Assembly (NCBI GenBank): GCA_024225275.1
Contig: JAAEMS010000279.1
Coordinates: 31,662-95,661 of the forward strand
Origin: Actinomycetes bacterium
GTDB lineage: Bacteria; Actinomycetota; Acidimicrobiia; Acidimicrobiales; JAAEMS01
DNA length: 64,000 nucleotides
Direction: 5' to 3'
Under the pieces are notes generated by a model, which worked only from the letters and a program-made list of their open reading frames with translations, was not told where the DNA came from and ran no database searches. Below are positions 19,331-28,175 of the stretch, in pieces. Every line of letters starts with the position of its first letter. The first letter of the stretch is position 1. A program made the position numbers and the translations under genes.

Positions 19331-19906
19331 GTGCCTCCCCTGGTCTCCATCGTCGTGCTGACCGCCCTTGTGCTGATGTCGTGCTCATCGGGGTCTGATG
19401 CACCGGTGACGGACGACTCCGACGGTGACGACGAGACGACCGGCGAGACCCTGCCGCCAGTGGAGGACCTGGTCGACAAGGGTCAGGCCCTGTCAGTTCG
19501 GAACCTTCAGCTCGGCCACTGCTGGGTGGGTTCGTCCTTCGACGACGCCGATGCCCTCACCAAGTTGGTGACCGTGACCGATTGTGGGCAGCCCCACCAG
19601 GCCGAGGTGTACTCGGTCGTGTGTCTCGGTACCTTCGACGATGACCTGATCATCGTGCCCTGCGGGCACGAGACCGTTCCCCTGGACTACCCCGGAGAGG
19701 CGATGCTCGACCATATGGCCAACGAGGCCTGCCTCGAGGGCTTCGAGCCGTTCGTCGGCGTCGAGTACTCCGTGTCCACGGTCGACTACGTGAGCTTCGT
19801 CCCCGGGGAGTCGGCTTGGGCGAGCGGCGACCGGACCATCGTGTGCAGCCTGATCGAGGATGATGCCTCAGCAATCCGTGACTCCCTCCTCGGAGCCAAA
19901 CGATGA
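19331..19906 (+). CDS. Septum formation family lipoprotein
   Basis: Lipobox-like VLMSC; LQLGHC, DCGQPHQAEVY, W.SGDRTIVC. Confidence 0.75.
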   Translation: MPPLVSIVVLTALVLMSCSSGSDAPVTDDSDGDDETTGETLPPVEDLVDKGQALSVRNLQLGHCWVGSSFDDADALTKLVTVTDCGQPHQAEVYSVVCLGTFDDDLIIVPCGHETVPLDYPGEAMLDHMANEACLEGFEPFVGVEYSVSTVDYVSFVPGESAWASGDRTIVCSLIEDDASAIRDSLLGAKR

Positions 19907-20070
19907 GCCGCACGGCGCGAAGCCCGAAGGCGAGCAGGGAACAATGAGCCGCACGGCGCGAAGCCCGAAGGCGAGCAGGGAACAATGAGCCGCACGGCGC
20001 GAAGCCCGAAGGCGAGCAGGGAACAATGAGCCGCACGGCGCGAAGCCCGAAGGCGAGCAGACCGCAATGA
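19903..20070 (+). repeat. 4 x 41-bp tandem repeat (MIRU-like); each unit is a 14-codon ORF
   Basis: Unit atgagccgcacggcgcgaagcccgaaggcgagcagggaaca starts at 19903, 19944, 19985 and 20026; the last unit ends gcagaccgca. Confidence 0.95.
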
Positions 20071-20693
20071 GCGGGAGTCTCAAGCGGCTGATTGCTGTGG
20101 TCATGTTCTCGCTCGTGCTGGGGCTGCTCATCACCTGGTGCAGTGGCGAGGAACACGACGACTCGGCTCCCGCCACCACGACCAGCACCACCACGACTAT
20201 CGCGCCCACCACTACAGCCGCCCCCGCCACCACCACGACCACCATGGCGACGACCAGCACGACCATGGCTCCCACCACGACCACCAGCAGCACCACCACA
20301 ACTATGCCCGCGCCACGGCTCCTCTCGGTCCTCCAGCTGACGGTCGGTGACTGTGTGGTCGACGAACTGTCCGCAGCCGAGGACATCGCCCAAGTCGGGG
20401 TGGTGTCCTGCAGCCAACCCCACCAGTCCGAGGTCTACGCGGTCCTCACCGACCCCGCACCCGATGCGGTCCCGTGGCCGGGTCCCGAAGCCCTGATCGA
20501 GGCCTCGGCGTCCGGCTGCCTGGCCGAGTTCGAGCCCTACGTCGGGCAGACCTTCGAAGAGTCGGCCCTGGATGTCTTGACGGTGTTGCCAACGGCCGAG
20601 ACCTGGCCCGAGGGTGACCGCGACACTCTGTGCATCGCCACCCGCCTCGACGGTCGCGACCTCGACGCCACGGTCCGGGACTCGGGCCTGTAG
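20067..20693 (+). CDS. Septum formation family protein with Thr-rich linker
   Basis: Signal/TM segment, poly-Thr, LTVGDC, SCSQPHQSEVY, WPEGDRDTLC. Confidence 0.8.
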   Translation: MSGSLKRLIAVVMFSLVLGLLITWCSGEEHDDSAPATTTSTTTTIAPTTTAAPATTTTTMATTSTTMAPTTTTSSTTTTMPAPRLLSVLQLTVGDCVVDELSAAEDIAQVGVVSCSQPHQSEVYAVLTDPAPDAVPWPGPEALIEASASGCLAEFEPYVGQTFEESALDVLTVLPTAETWPEGDRDTLCIATRLDGRDLDATVRDSGL

Positions 20694-20708
20694 GCGCTGA
20701 CTCCTCGG

Positions 20709-20921
20709 CTACTCGACGGTGGCGATCAGGTCGCCTTCGGAGACCTTGTCGTCGGGGGCCACATGTAGGGCAGTGACGATGCCGGCGATGGGGGCGGTGA
20801 CGGGGATCTCCATCTTCATCGACTCGAGGATCACCAGCTCGTGGTCGGCTTCGACCTCCTGTCCGACCTCGACCCGTACCTGCCACACATTGGCGGTGAT
20901 TTCCGCCTTGACGTCAGCCAC
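20709..20921 (-). CDS. Stand-alone biotin/lipoyl carrier protein (TB7.3-like)
   Basis: VADVKAEITANVWQV..LESMKMEIPV. Confidence 0.9.
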   Translation of the reverse strand: MADVKAEITANVWQVRVEVGQEVEADHELVILESMKMEIPVTAPIAGIVTALHVAPDDKVSEGDLIATVE

Positions 20922-20974
20922 CCTGTCCCCCTCGTTCGTCGATGAATGGCGAACCCTAGCGGGTGATGGGCGAC

Positions 20975-21943
20975 TCAGAGGGTGTCGAAGAAGGCCCCGA
21001 GTGCTTCGTTGGTGGCCTCGGGGGCTTCCTGCTGGACCCAATGACCCGCCCCGGGCACCACCGTTGTGCCCCGGAAGTCGTCACAGTGCTGGCCCGCCGC
21101 TTCGTAGGGGTCGAAGCCTTCGACGAACTGGCGCACGACATCGAGCTCGCCCCCGATGAAGGCGGCCGGCTGCTTGATGGTGTTGTCGGGCAACGAACCC
21201 AGTTCGTCGGCATCCAGGGGCTGGGCCCGGTACCGGTTGAGACCACCGCGCCAACCCACCCGATCGAAGGCATCCGCGTAGAGGGCCAGGTCCTCAGGAG
21301 TCGCCCAGGCCGGGAACGGATCGGGATCGGGCAGGCCATCGAGCAGCTTGGCCCCGTGTGGCTTGTCGCGGACGAAGTCAGCGCCGTGGGCATCACCGCT
21401 GGCCGAGAAGTAGATCTGGCGCACGCTCTTGAGCGAGTCGGCCCCGAGCTCGGCTTCGGCCACCCCCTCGTCCTGGAAGTACACCTGGTAGAAGAACTTG
21501 CCCTGGTCGGTGAACATGGTCTTCCAGAGCTCCAGGGCACTGACCGGGCCCACCGGCCTGTAAGGGACACTCAGTCCGGCCGCGGCGCGGACCACATCGG
21601 GATGGAAGCGGGCCGTGTTCCAGGCGATCGGTGCGCCCCAGTCGTGGCCGAGAACGATGGCCGGCTCGTCGCTCAGCGCGCCAATGACCGCGGCCACGTC
21701 GCTGGTGATGGCCGACAAGGTGTAGTCGGCGACCGGGTGGGGGCACGACGACCCGCCGTACCCGCGCACGTCAATGGCCGCCACGGTGTAGCCCCGAGCC
21801 GCGAAGTACGACATCTGGTGGCGCCACGAATACCAGAGCTCGGGCCACCCGTGAACGCACACGATCAGGGGGCCTTCACCCTCGATGACGACATTGATCT
21901 CGACGTCACCGTTGGTGATGATCTGGATCCGACGTTCTCCCAC
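20975..21943 (-). CDS. Epoxide hydrolase-like alpha/beta hydrolase
   Basis: HGWPE, GHDWGA, GHWVQQE. Confidence 0.9.
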   Translation of the reverse strand: MGERRIQIITNGDVEINVVIEGEGPLIVCVHGWPELWYSWRHQMSYFAARGYTVAAIDVRGYGGSSCPHPVADYTLSAITSDVAAVIGALSDEPAIVLGHDWGAPIAWNTARFHPDVVRAAAGLSVPYRPVGPVSALELWKTMFTDQGKFFYQVYFQDEGVAEAELGADSLKSVRQIYFSASGDAHGADFVRDKPHGAKLLDGLPDPDPFPAWATPEDLALYADAFDRVGWRGGLNRYRAQPLDADELGSLPDNTIKQPAAFIGGELDVVRQFVEGFDPYEAAGQHCDDFRGTTVVPGAGHWVQQEAPEATNEALGAFFDTL

Positions 21944-22037
21944 GGGGAGGAGTCTGGCAGACCGGATGGGCCCGCCAACGAGCCGACCCCTACCCCCATA
22001 CCCCAGTCAGGAGGCGAAGCCCGGTATTTTCTGGGTC

Positions 22038-22736
22038 GTGCTGGTGCTGACGGGAGTGGCGATCGTGATCGGGTTGGCGGTGGGTCTGGCCCGCGGCGGA
22101 TCGTGGCGCTCCATCGCCAAACAACGCGTTCATTGGTGGCCGGTCCTGATCGTCGGTGCCGCCCTACCCGTACTCGTCGACACCATCCACCCGCCTGGTG
22201 GCGCCGCCCTACAGATCGCGGGCCTGGTCATCCTGGTAGGGGTAGCGGCTCGGAACCTCATGATTCGGGGTATGGGGGTGATCCTGGTCGGACTCACCCT
22301 GAACCTCCTCGTCGTCGCCGCCAACACCACGATGCCGGTCCGTCTCGATGCCCTGGTCGATGCCGGCATCATCGAAGCCGACAGGACCGGCGAGGTCAGT
22401 CTCCGAGGTCCCCGCCACCTCGAGGACGACACCACCCGCCTGGCCTTCCTGGGCGACATCATCCCGTTCCGCCCCACCCGCGAGGTCACGTCGTTCGGCG
22501 ATCTGATCCTGGTCGTCGGGCTGACCGCCGCCCTCGCCCACCTGCCCCTGCCCCGCCGCCGGTTCCGCGGCACCGACGACCCGTTCGCCGACCTCACCGA
22601 CGAGCGGGACGAACTCATCGACCAGCGGACCACCCAGGGCTTGGATGCCGGTTTTCTCGACCTCCGCGACCCGGCTGACCTTCCCGACCCCGCGGATCGG
22701 GCTGACCACCCGGACTCGATGCTGGTCGACCGGTGA
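22038..22736 (+). CDS. DUF5317-like membrane protein
   Basis: GLARGGS, NLLVVAAN..MPV, LAFLGDIIP, SFGDL. Confidence 0.75.
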   Translation: MLVLTGVAIVIGLAVGLARGGSWRSIAKQRVHWWPVLIVGAALPVLVDTIHPPGGAALQIAGLVILVGVAARNLMIRGMGVILVGLTLNLLVVAANTTMPVRLDALVDAGIIEADRTGEVSLRGPRHLEDDTTRLAFLGDIIPFRPTREVTSFGDLILVVGLTAALAHLPLPRRRFRGTDDPFADLTDERDELIDQRTTQGLDAGFLDLRDPADLPDPADRADHPDSMLVDR

Positions 22737-23020
22737 TCGACCCCGCTCCTGACAACCCACCCACCGACGATCCTGTCCTGGCCCGCCGGGCCCAGATCGC
22801 CCGATGGGTCCGAGTGGGCAAGAGGATCGGCTACAGCCTCTGGCTGATCGCCATCATCCTCTACGCCATCGGCCTGATCGACCGCTACCGACCGGGGTTG
22901 GTGACCGGCATCGTCACCTGCCTCGTCGTCGGGTCGGTCTTCCTGCTTCCCTCCATCATCCTCGGGTACGCGGTGCGGGCCGCTGACCGAGAAGACGGTG
23001 GAGAAGGGCGCATCCCCTGA
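22733..23020 (+). CDS. Small two-TM membrane protein
   Basis: GTGA overlap with previous gene; two hydrophobic segments; LGYAVRAADRED. Confidence 0.7.
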   Translation: MIDPAPDNPPTDDPVLARRAQIARWVRVGKRIGYSLWLIAIILYAIGLIDRYRPGLVTGIVTCLVVGSVFLLPSIILGYAVRAADREDGGEGRIP

Positions 23021-23094
23021 GCCGGGGGGCGGGGCGGTAGCCAGTTGGGACAGATGACCGGTTTCGACTGGGGTTCGGCCATCATGGGAGCGCC

Positions 23095-23685
23095 ATGACC
23101 ACTGCTCGCCTACCTGCACCGGAACGCCGCCGGCAGCTCCTCGACGTCGCAATCAAGGTGTTCGGTGAACGGGGATTCCACAACACGTCCATGAACGACG
23201 TGGCCACCGAGGCCGGGATCACCAAGCCCGTTCTGTACCAACATTTCGCCTCGAAGCGCGACCTCTACGCAGCCCTGCTCGAGGCGGTAGGGGTCGAACT
23301 GCTCGACCGGATCGGTGAGGCGGTGGCCAACGCCACCCGACCCAAGGAGATGGTCGACCTCGGTTTCGGGGCGTGGTTCCGATTCGTGGCCGAGGAGCCG
23401 GCCGCTTTCGCCCTGCTCTTCAGCGGCGACTCCCGCCAGGACCCGGAGTTCGCCCTCCACGTGGCCGGGGTCGAGCAGCAACTGGCCGACACCATCGTCG
23501 GTCTCCTCGACATCCCCGAGCTCGACCGAGAGCACCGCCGGCTGCTGGCCCACGGAATCATGGGGATCAGCGAAGCGGTCACCCGCAACTGGCTCAGCCT
23601 CGGGGCCACCACCGATCACGAGGAGCTGGCCCGCACCACCTCAGCTCTGGCCTGGTACGGGCTCCGGGGCGCGCCCCAGGACTGA
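23095..23685 (+). CDS. TetR family regulator
   Basis: RLPAPERRRQLL..AGITKPVLYQHFASK. Confidence 0.92.
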   Translation: MTTARLPAPERRRQLLDVAIKVFGERGFHNTSMNDVATEAGITKPVLYQHFASKRDLYAALLEAVGVELLDRIGEAVANATRPKEMVDLGFGAWFRFVAEEPAAFALLFSGDSRQDPEFALHVAGVEQQLADTIVGLLDIPELDREHRRLLAHGIMGISEAVTRNWLSLGATTDHEELARTTSALAWYGLRGAPQD

Positions 23686-23699
23686 AGCTCAGACCAGGG

Positions 23700-25325
23700 T
23701 CAACTGCTGGCGATGGCGTAGACCGGATCGGGGCCGGGGTTGGCGCCGGTCGAGCCGAAGAAGGGCAGGCTCGAGAAGTTGAAAGCACCACCGTCGCTGG
23801 CCACCATCAGATAGCCGTTGCCATGGGCCACCATGCCGACCACCGGCTGGTTCAGATTCACCGATCCCAGCGAACCGGCGAAACCGGCGTCGAAGGCGAA
23901 GACGCCTCCGTCGGCCGCCACCAACCAGTAGCCGTGATTGTCGGGATCGGGCACGAGGCCCTGCACCGGCTGGTTGAGCATGGCCCCACCCATCGAACCC
24001 ACGAAGACGGCATCTCCGAAGGTGAACACCCCACCGTCGGAACCAACCATGAAGTAGCCGTTGCCGGAGGGGGTGGGGCTCGAATCGATGACTGGGCCGT
24101 TGAGCACGAAGCCGCTCATGTCGTCGGGTTGGCCGGCCTGGCCGTTGGCCGGGAACCGCCCGGCATCGCCCAGATCGACCACCCGTCCCTGGCTGGTGAA
24201 CAGCCATATGCCGTTGCCGCTCGGGGTGACTGCCAGGGTGGTGAAGGTCTCTCCAGCGGCCAACGACCGCGGACCGGTGCTGGACGGCGACCAAGCCAGG
24301 ACGCCAGAACCCTCGAGCCGGCCGGTGGCGGTGAGCATCCAGTAGCCCTGGCCGTCGGGGGTAGAGGCAAGGTCGACGAGTCCCTCGGCCGCGGCGGTGC
24401 TCGACGCGTTGCCCCAATGGTTGGCGCCGCCGAAGGCCCGGACATGACCGGCGTCATCGGCCAGCCAGTAGCCGTCGCCGGACTGGTGGGGGCCGGACCC
24501 GATGGTGGAGTCGATCCACCCCCGATGGGCCGAGACCCGGGTGTAGTCGCCGGGCCCGTCACAGTCGATGCTGCCGGTGGACACCACGCCGACCACAACC
24601 GTGGTGCCGTTGATATCGGGCGCGACCACGGGGCCGCCACTGTCGCCGCTACAGGCCGAGATACCCGACACGGCCGTACAGATGTCCCCGCCGACGGTGT
24701 AGTTCGTACCCAGTACGGTCGAGCAGGCCACGTCGGTACCGATGAGCACCGTGCCCTGTTGGAGGTCGTTGGGGAGGATCTGGAAGTCCCCGGCTGCGGT
24801 ATTTCCCCAGCCCGCCACGGTGGCGGTGAGAGCACCGTTCCACCGCGGTTCGGTGAGGGCGTCGGCCATGCCGATGGTGGGGGCCGTGGATGGGTTGTCG
24901 AGTTGGGCCAGCGCGATGTCACCGGCCACTGAGAGCTCGCCCACCCGCAGGTATCCGGGAAAGACATACCAGTTGGCAATCGTAGAGCTCTGGCCGCCTC
25001 CCTCGTTGAGGTCGTTGATGCCGGTCACCGCCCTCACCTCGGTGATGGGCTGGACCACCCCTGGCACACAGTGGGCGGCAGTCAACACCCACTCGGGATG
25101 TATCAGAGTGCCTGTGCAGTAGTGGACACCCCACGACTGGAGTGAGACGGCGTACTCGTGTTGACCGTCGGGCACCGTGGTGCCCCCGACCACGTAGTCG
25201 ACAACGTCGGGCGGCGAGTCGGTGGCGGGAGCGGCCGATCCTGGAGTAGTGGTCAGGGTGGCGAGCAGCACCCCCACGAGAGCGATCGCCGAGGCCAGTC
25301 GCCTGTGCTGGGGGATGCCTGCCAT
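23700..25325 (-). CDS. Secreted trypsin-like (S1) protease with C-terminal GYW..DGGVF repeats
   Basis: Signal peptide, VVGG, LTAAHC, DIAL, GDSGGP; repeats of the GYWLVAADGGVFAF type. Confidence 0.88.
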   Translation of the reverse strand: MAGIPQHRRLASAIALVGVLLATLTTTPGSAAPATDSPPDVVDYVVGGTTVPDGQHEYAVSLQSWGVHYCTGTLIHPEWVLTAAHCVPGVVQPITEVRAVTGINDLNEGGGQSSTIANWYVFPGYLRVGELSVAGDIALAQLDNPSTAPTIGMADALTEPRWNGALTATVAGWGNTAAGDFQILPNDLQQGTVLIGTDVACSTVLGTNYTVGGDICTAVSGISACSGDSGGPVVAPDINGTTVVVGVVSTGSIDCDGPGDYTRVSAHRGWIDSTIGSGPHQSGDGYWLADDAGHVRAFGGANHWGNASSTAAAEGLVDLASTPDGQGYWMLTATGRLEGSGVLAWSPSSTGPRSLAAGETFTTLAVTPSGNGIWLFTSQGRVVDLGDAGRFPANGQAGQPDDMSGFVLNGPVIDSSPTPSGNGYFMVGSDGGVFTFGDAVFVGSMGGAMLNQPVQGLVPDPDNHGYWLVAADGGVFAFDAGFAGSLGSVNLNQPVVGMVAHGNGYLMVASDGGAFNFSSLPFFGSTGANPGPDPVYAIASS

Positions 25326-25440
25326 GTCGTCTCCTCGATGCCCGCCGCGGACGGAGGTACTCCACCAGACCGTACCTCCAGCCATCGGCCGGCTGGTGGT
25401 CACCCTGAAGGGCCGATCGCCCGGGACTACCGTCGACCCC

Positions 25441-26229
25441 ATGGATCTCGGACTGACCGACCGCACCGTCCTCATCACCGGCTCCCACCGGGGCACCGGC
25501 GCCGGCATCGCCCGGGTGTTCGCCGGCGAGGGGGCCCAGGTTCTGGTCCACGGCTTCGAGACCGACCAGGGCACCGATGTAGTTGACGACATCACCGACC
25601 GCGGAGGCCGGGCCCGCCTGGTCACCGGCAACCTCATGACCGACGAAGGCGCGGCGGCCGTCGTCGATGCGGCCGGACCCGTCGATGTCCTGGTCAACAA
25701 CTACGGCCTGGCCGGCCGCGGCACCTGGGAGACCGACTCCGACGAGTGGTTCGACGCCTGGAACCGCAACGTGGTCAGCGGGGTTCGGATGGTCCACGGC
25801 TGCGTGCCCTCCATGCGTGAGCAGGGGTGGGGTCGGGTGATCTTCGTGGGCACCGTCGGCTCGGCCCGGCCGGGCGATCGTATGCCCCACTACTACTCGA
25901 GCAAGGCGGCCCTGCCCGGCCTGGTGGTGAGCCTGGCCCGCGACCTGGGGGGCAGCGGCATCACCGCCAACCTGGTCAGCCCCGGCCTGATCGCCACCGC
26001 CGAGGTTCGACAGCGCTTCATGCGCATGGGCGCCCAGAAGGGCTGGGGCTCGACATGGGAAGAGGTCGCCCCCCGAGCCCTCGAAGGGTTCATGCCGTCC
26101 CCGGCCACCACCATCCCCGACCCTGAGGATGTCGGCCGAGTGGTGGCCTTCGTCGCCGGCCACACCGGATGGCCCATCAATGGCGCCAACATCCGAGTCG
26201 ACGGGGGCGCGGCGATGACTCCCAACTGA
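25441..26229 (+). CDS. SDR family oxidoreductase
   Basis: TGSHRGTG, DVLVNN, YYSSK, VDGG. Confidence 0.9.
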   Translation: MDLGLTDRTVLITGSHRGTGAGIARVFAGEGAQVLVHGFETDQGTDVVDDITDRGGRARLVTGNLMTDEGAAAVVDAAGPVDVLVNNYGLAGRGTWETDSDEWFDAWNRNVVSGVRMVHGCVPSMREQGWGRVIFVGTVGSARPGDRMPHYYSSKAALPGLVVSLARDLGGSGITANLVSPGLIATAEVRQRFMRMGAQKGWGSTWEEVAPRALEGFMPSPATTIPDPEDVGRVVAFVAGHTGWPINGANIRVDGGAAMTPN

Positions 26230-26295
26230 TCCTCTTCTCTTTCCTGCCGAAGTGGCCGCGCTCCTCCAGAGGGCAACCCTGATCCCGGCCAGGAT

Positions 26296-26331
26296 GAGGC
26301 GAATCGCGTCACTGGCGACGCGATCGGCCTC
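26296..26331. repeat. REP-like palindrome, copy 2
   Basis: gaggcgaatcgcgtc-actggc-gacgcgatcggcctc; loop is the reverse complement of copy 1. Confidence 0.75.
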
Positions 26332-26373
26332 GAGTGCCGGTTGGCGGTTGGGGACTGGGGGTAGGGGCGGGAT

Positions 26374-27282
26374 CTAGAAGTGCCAGGGGAACTCGGAGTA
26401 GTCCTGGTCGCGCTTCTCCAGGAAGGCGTCGCGGCCTTCGACGGCCTCGTCGGTCATATAGGCCAGGCGGGTGGCTTCGCCGGCGAACACCTGCTGGCCC
26501 ACCAGGCCGTCGTCGATGAGGTTCATGGCGAACTTGGCCATGCGCTGGCCGGTGGGGCTCTTCCGGTTGATCTCGGCCGCCCATTCGAGGGCGACGTTCT
26601 CGAGCTCGGCGTGGGGCACGGCCTCGTTGACCGCGCCCATGGCCTTGGCCTGCTCGGCGGTGTAGTCGCGGCCCAGGAAGAAGATCTCGCGGGCGAACTT
26701 CTGGCCGACCTGTCGGGCCAAGTAGGCCGAACCGAACCCCCCGTCGAAGCTGGCCACGTCGGTGTCGGTCTGCTTGAAGACCGCGTGTTCGCGACTGGCC
26801 AGGGTGAGGTCGCTGACCGCATGGAGGCTGTGGCCACCACCAACGGCCCAACCGGGCACGACACACATGACCACCTTGGGCATCATACGAATGAGGCGCT
26901 GAACCTCGAGGATGTGGAGGCGGCCGACCTTGCCGGGGTCGATGGTCTCGGCGGTGTCACCCTCGGCGTACTTGTAGCCATCGCGGCCCCGGATACGCTG
27001 ATCGCCGCCGGAACAGAAGGCCCATCCGCCGTCCTTCGGGGAGGGGCCGTTACCGGTGAGGATGATGCAACCGACGTCGGTGGTCATGCGGGCGTGGTCG
27101 AGGGATCGGTAGAGCTCGTCGACGGTTCCCGGCCGGAAGGCGTTTCTGACCTCGGGTCGGTCGAAGGCGATTCGCACCGTGCCTTGGTCGACCGCCCGGT
27201 GGTAGGTGATGTCTTCGAAGTCGAAGCCGGCGATCGGCTCCCACCGGCTGGCGTCGAACAGCTCTGAGACGAACGTGCCCAT
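26374..27282 (-). CDS. menB: 1,4-dihydroxy-2-naphthoyl-CoA synthase
   Basis: RPEVRNAFRP, AFCSGGDQ, GGGHSLH, SFDGGFG, EGRDAFLEKR. Confidence 0.95.
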   Translation of the reverse strand: MGTFVSELFDASRWEPIAGFDFEDITYHRAVDQGTVRIAFDRPEVRNAFRPGTVDELYRSLDHARMTTDVGCIILTGNGPSPKDGGWAFCSGGDQRIRGRDGYKYAEGDTAETIDPGKVGRLHILEVQRLIRMMPKVVMCVVPGWAVGGGHSLHAVSDLTLASREHAVFKQTDTDVASFDGGFGSAYLARQVGQKFAREIFFLGRDYTAEQAKAMGAVNEAVPHAELENVALEWAAEINRKSPTGQRMAKFAMNLIDDGLVGQQVFAGEATRLAYMTDEAVEGRDAFLEKRDQDYSEFPWHF

Positions 27283-27389
27283 TGGTCGTGCCCTCTCCGT
27301 GGATGGCGATGTCTGGCTTGGCGGACCGCCGAAGGGTACTCGCCTTCGTGCCCCCGGTTGCCCCATCGATGCTGCACTAGGCTCTCGCC

Positions 27390-28172
27390 ATGTTGTCGGA
27401 GTTCGAACGCCGGCGGGCCGTCGAACTCCTAGAGGCGGCACACCAGACAAACCAACCCATCGGGTCGCTGAAGCGCACCTACCCCGACATGGATATTGAC
27501 GACGCCTACGCCGTCCAGAAGGCACTGGTCGACCGCCAGGTCCGGATGGGTTCCACGATCATCGGGTACAAGGTGGGGCTCACCTCCGAGGTCATGCAGA
27601 GATCGGTCGGGGTGGACGAACCCGACCTCTCCGCCCTCCTCGATCGCCACTTCCTGCCAAACAACTCCACCGTCAGCCGCAGCACCTACCTCGACCCTCA
27701 TCTCGAGATCGAGCTCGCCTTCGTCATGGGAGCATCACTGCCGGCGGGCGCCGACCACGACGCCGCGATGACCGCGGTCGAGTCGGTGGTGGCGTGCATC
27801 GAGATCATCGACCACCGCATCGTCGACCGGATCGGCGTAGTCGACACGGTGGCCGACATGGCCTCGTGCGGATCAGTGGTACTGGGCACCAAGAAGGTGG
27901 ACATCGAGTCGATCGATCACCAGGAGGTGACCGGCACCCTTGAACGCAACGGCCACCAGGTGTGCGTCGGTGATGCGTCAGCCGTTCTGGGCGATCCCCT
28001 CAACGCGCTCATCTGGCTGGCCGACACTCTCGATCGCCACGGTGCGAGGTTCGAACCCGGTGACATCGTGCTGACCGGATCGTTCGTGCCCATCCAGCCC
28101 ACCAGTGAAGGCGACCGATTCGTGGCCCGCTTCAGCGATGGCCTCGGCGAGGTCGACCTCAGGTTCACCTGA
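27390..28172 (+). CDS. 2-keto-4-pentenoate hydratase family (MhpD/HpaH-like)
   Basis: DAYAVQ, GYKVGLTS, EIELAF, VLGDPL..WLA, GDIVLTGS. Confidence 0.88.
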   Translation: MLSEFERRRAVELLEAAHQTNQPIGSLKRTYPDMDIDDAYAVQKALVDRQVRMGSTIIGYKVGLTSEVMQRSVGVDEPDLSALLDRHFLPNNSTVSRSTYLDPHLEIELAFVMGASLPAGADHDAAMTAVESVVACIEIIDHRIVDRIGVVDTVADMASCGSVVLGTKKVDIESIDHQEVTGTLERNGHQVCVGDASAVLGDPLNALIWLADTLDRHGARFEPGDIVLTGSFVPIQPTSEGDRFVARFSDGLGEVDLRFT

Positions 28173-28175
28173 CTG

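Noticed and set aside
19903-20070. CRISPR array
   Set aside because: Units are contiguous with no unique spacers, and no cas genes are present; it is a tandem repeat
20963-22678. Long alternative ORFs (e.g. 20963-22678, 419-1705, 23373-24932, 29501-31024, 35751-37271, 58408-60114)
   Set aside because: Antisense or off-frame shadows of well-supported genes, expected in high-GC DNA; no family motifs
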